Positions 17,718 through 20,000 of a stretch of DNA of 20,000 nt are shown piece by piece (position 1 is the stretch's first letter; every line of letters begins with the position of its first letter). Source of the DNA: an uncultured virus (IMG/VR IMGVR_UViG_3300005573_001612) (taxonomy: Duplodnaviria; Heunggongvirae; Uroviricota; Caudoviricetes); the IMG/VR virus record IMGVR_UViG_3300005573_001612. One strand, 5' to 3'. The notes below the pieces were generated by a model that was not told the DNA's origin, made no database searches, and was given only the letters and a program-made list of their open reading frames with translations. Position numbers and translations under genes: made by a program.

Positions 17718-18263
17718 ATGAATGACATATCTAACATCAAAACCGGAGATATTGGATTCGTTTATTTCAAATTCGATATAAAAGACATCAATACCTGGAT
17801 GAGCTGGTTCAGTAGATTCTTTATGAATTTTCAAGCTTTCTTTTTAGGCAAGGAAAAAATAAAGAATCAGCATTGTGGCATATTTGCTTGGGTTGATGGA
17901 GAATTGTATTTCTATCAATCCATATTCAATGGTTTCTTACCGGTGCTTGCAACTCAGTTCTTTCAGGGAAAGTGGCAGAATTTAATTATCAAGCGATATG
18001 ATATAACAGCAAATGAAACTGTTATCAATAATTTCAAATCAAAGTATAATTTCCTCGGCATATTGCTCCAATTGATTAGACAGGTTTCATTTAACATCAT
18101 TGATCTGGAAGCTCAGAAAGGCGGTATAAAGAAAACTTATTGTTCACAAGCCTGCGGGTATCTAATTAACCTGTTCGGTGATGGAAAGTATTGCCAGTAT
18201 TGGGGATCGCTTGATACTCAGGATTTGTATTTCGATAAAGCAAGCAAAACAATAACGATATGA
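17718..18263 (+). CDS. permuted papain-like NlpC/P60 enzyme (YiiX/YaeF, C92-like)
   Basis: Motifs 'IKTGDIGF', 'HCGI' (His first), 'KYNF' and 'YCSQ' (Cys later), i.e. circularly permuted catalytic order. ATG 17718 is preferred over TTG 17703. Confidence 0.75.
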   Translation: MNDISNIKTGDIGFVYFKFDIKDINTWMSWFSRFFMNFQAFFLGKEKIKNQHCGIFAWVDGELYFYQSIFNGFLPVLATQFFQGKWQNLIIKRYDITANETVINNFKSKYNFLGILLQLIRQVSFNIIDLEAQKGGIKKTYCSQACGYLINLFGDGKYCQYWGSLDTQDLYFDKASKTITI

Positions 18264-18562
18264 AAGAGGTTAAACAATTCTGGCACATTATCAAAGAATT
18301 CTTTACAGGAATAAACGGTGATGGATCGAGTAAGAGGGCTGTTGCAATTACTTATGCGTGGTTTGCGCTGATACCGCTAACACTAACATTTGCTGGTGTA
18401 TATGGATGGATAGCAATATTCGGAAAGCCTGAATCTGTAATTCACAATACAATTATACAGCAATTTCCAATAGTATTGGCTAGTGGAATTGGGTATGTAT
18501 TGGCACTTCTGGGGATTACAGCCTACGAGAAAACTATTAACAATAATCAACCGCCTGCATAA
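18260..18562 (+). CDS. holin-like membrane protein (2 TM)
   Basis: 'GSSKR' followed by two hydrophobic segments, upstream of the endolysin. Confidence 0.6.
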   Translation: MKEVKQFWHIIKEFFTGINGDGSSKRAVAITYAWFALIPLTLTFAGVYGWIAIFGKPESVIHNTIIQQFPIVLASGIGYVLALLGITAYEKTINNNQPPA

Positions 18563-18783
18563 TGAAGCATCTTACATGGTACGATAAACTTACAGGATGG
18601 CTGACTGGCTTATGGATGGGTTGGATTGAGTACAATCATGGAGTTCAAGAGACGATATTCAAATATCTTGATGCGCTTATTATGACTGCATTTTGTGGAG
18701 TTATAGCTGGTATTGTGGCTTATTTAACAAGAAAATTCTGTGTAAAATATTTTGGTGAATTCTTTAAAGTGAACGACAAATGA
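18562..18783 (+). CDS. holin/antiholin-like small membrane protein
   Basis: 73 aa with a TM segment 'ALIMTAFCGVIAGIVAYL' and a basic tail. ATGA-coupled to the lysozyme. Confidence 0.6.
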   Translation: MKHLTWYDKLTGWLTGLWMGWIEYNHGVQETIFKYLDALIMTAFCGVIAGIVAYLTRKFCVKYFGEFFKVNDK

Positions 18784-19247
18784 TTCCATCAAACAAAATT
18801 ATAGCTTTTACTAAGTCTTGGGAAAAGTGCGTATTGCACCCATATCAAGACTCTCGTGGCAAATGGACAATAGGATGGGGAAATACGTTCTACGAAGATG
18901 GTACTCCGGTTAGATCAACTGATAAGCCTATTACACAAGATAGGGCAGATGAGTTGTTTGCAAACATATATATGAAAGTCGGCATTGATGTATTAAGGCT
19001 TCTTAAAGTTTCATTGAATGAAAATCAATTTGATGCTCTTTGCGACTTCGACTACAACAAAGGAACTGCAAGATTAAAAGGATCCGGATTGCTTAAGGCA
19101 ATAAATGCAAACCCAAACGATCCAAATATTCCTAATTATTTTCGTCAATGGAAGTATTCGGATGGTGAAGTATTACCCGGATTAGTTGAGCGAGCTAATA
19201 ACAACGCGGATATTTATTCAAAAGGTGTTTACATAAATCACAAATAA
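18780..19247 (+). CDS. endolysin, GH24 phage lysozyme
   Basis: Catalytic E15-x8-D24-x5-T30 pattern (WEKCVLHPYQDSRGKWTIGWG), plus 'LNENQFDALCDFDYNKG' and 'LPGLVER'. Confidence 0.92.
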   Translation: MIPSNKIIAFTKSWEKCVLHPYQDSRGKWTIGWGNTFYEDGTPVRSTDKPITQDRADELFANIYMKVGIDVLRLLKVSLNENQFDALCDFDYNKGTARLKGSGLLKAINANPNDPNIPNYFRQWKYSDGEVLPGLVERANNNADIYSKGVYINHK

Positions 19248-19293
19248 AATAAACAAGTCGTTTGCGATCCGTCCGCATGCGCACAAATTAAAT

Positions 19294-19800
19294 ATGTTCA
19301 AAATAATTATCATATTATTATTTATATCCTCAATTGCTTGTACATTCTTATATGAGGAATGGAGACATGCAGAAAAAGAAAAAGAGTATTATAAAGATCT
19401 GCATTCAAGCAATGTAATTGAAGGCACACACAAATTAATCAACCAGGCAATTGACAGCTTTAAAATTCCCATACCCGACAGGCGAATAATCAGCGATAAT
19501 CACACAACAGTAAATACAACGAATCACATATTTACAACAATCAGAGATAGTACCGTACATGATTCGATACACGTTCATTGTTTGAGTTGGATCGGTTCTC
19601 ATGCAAGGCTTTCAGGATGCTTAGAAACAGGGTTAACATATACGAATAAGGATACATTAGACATTGTTCGTTTTATGAAACCGGAAAAATATCTAATTCA
19701 AAAATGGAAGTTTATAGCTTTAAAGCGAAAAGACACTATACAGGTATTTAATAAAGATACCTGCAGCAAATACAATGTTAGATTCTACACAAAAAAATAG
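19294..19800 (+). CDS. membrane-anchored lysis accessory (spanin-like) protein
   Basis: Follows the endolysin. It has an N-terminal hydrophobic anchor (possible lipobox SIA-C16), a short coiled coil and a Thr/Asp-rich beta region. Confidence 0.5.
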   Translation: MFKIIIILLFISSIACTFLYEEWRHAEKEKEYYKDLHSSNVIEGTHKLINQAIDSFKIPIPDRRIISDNHTTVNTTNHIFTTIRDSTVHDSIHVHCLSWIGSHARLSGCLETGLTYTNKDTLDIVRFMKPEKYLIQKWKFIALKRKDTIQVFNKDTCSKYNVRFYTKK

Positions 19801-19802
19801 TT

Positions 19803-20000
19803 ATGAATAAAGGGAAAATCAAGTTTTGGAACAAACAAAAAGCGTTCGGATTCATCATTGAAGAAGGAACAAACAAAGAAGTATTCGTGCATATCACAGG
19901 GCTGGTCGGAGATTACGAACCGGAAAAAGACGATGTTGTTTTCTTTGAAACCGTTGAGGGTAAAAAAGGATTGAACGCGGTTAATGTATCGCTGGCTTAA
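19803..20000 (+). CDS. csp: cold-shock domain protein (CspA family)
   Basis: 65 aa with 'KGKIKFWN', RNP1 'KAFGFI', RNP2 'VFVH' and 'GKKGLNAVNV'. Confidence 0.95.
   Translation: MNKGKIKFWNKQKAFGFIIEEGTNKEVFVHITGLVGDYEPEKDDVVFFETVEGKKGLNAVNVSLA

Noticed and set aside
19248..19293. Possible terminator or hairpin after the endolysin (TGCG-ATCCGTC-CGCA)
   Set aside because: Only a 4-bp stem and no U-tract, which is too weak to call.
1..20000. Genome-wide TAG-to-Gln recoding (genetic code 15)
   Set aside because: ORFs are long and intact under the standard code. TAG behaves as a real stop at 835-837 (overlapping the portal ATG) and 3727-3729. Only one TAG looks internal. TAG 19798-19800 is followed by TTA TGA, so it is uninformative.
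1..20000. CRISPR array, tRNA, rRNA, integrase or transposase
   Set aside because: No repeat-spacer periodicity or catalytic motifs were seen, and there is almost no intergenic space to hold an RNA gene.

Overview
This window is the late (virion and lysis) region of a tailed dsDNA phage or prophage. The host is probably Bacteroidota, inferred from the absence of Shine-Dalgarno motifs, A/T-rich leaders such as TAATTATG, a TAnnTTTG promoter element and signal-peptide style. Gene order on the + strand: two tail-type structural genes, a portal with a DnaJ-like zinc-finger insert, and a gpF/gp7-like minor head protein. Next come an opposite-strand 3-gene cassette (small DNA-binding-like protein, lipoprotein, unknown) and a ~4.6 kb cluster of five glycosyltransferase-like genes, an FkbM methyltransferase, an HExxH protein and a small membrane protein. 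After these are the scaffold, major capsid, an Ig-domain structural protein, connector/tail-completion genes, a Thr/Ser/Gly-rich fibre, a permuted papain-like enzyme, two holin-like genes, a GH24 endolysin, a spanin-like gene and a cold-shock protein. Three things stand out: (1) a glycan-building and methyl-capping cluster inside the head module, a candidate virion-glycosylation system; (2) single in-frame stops in the portal (TAG) and in the gene before the scaffold (TAA), each followed by an open, protein-like extension that ends at the next start codon; (3) Sec-type signal peptides on putative virion proteins. All family calls come from motif recognition and gene order; no database search was run.
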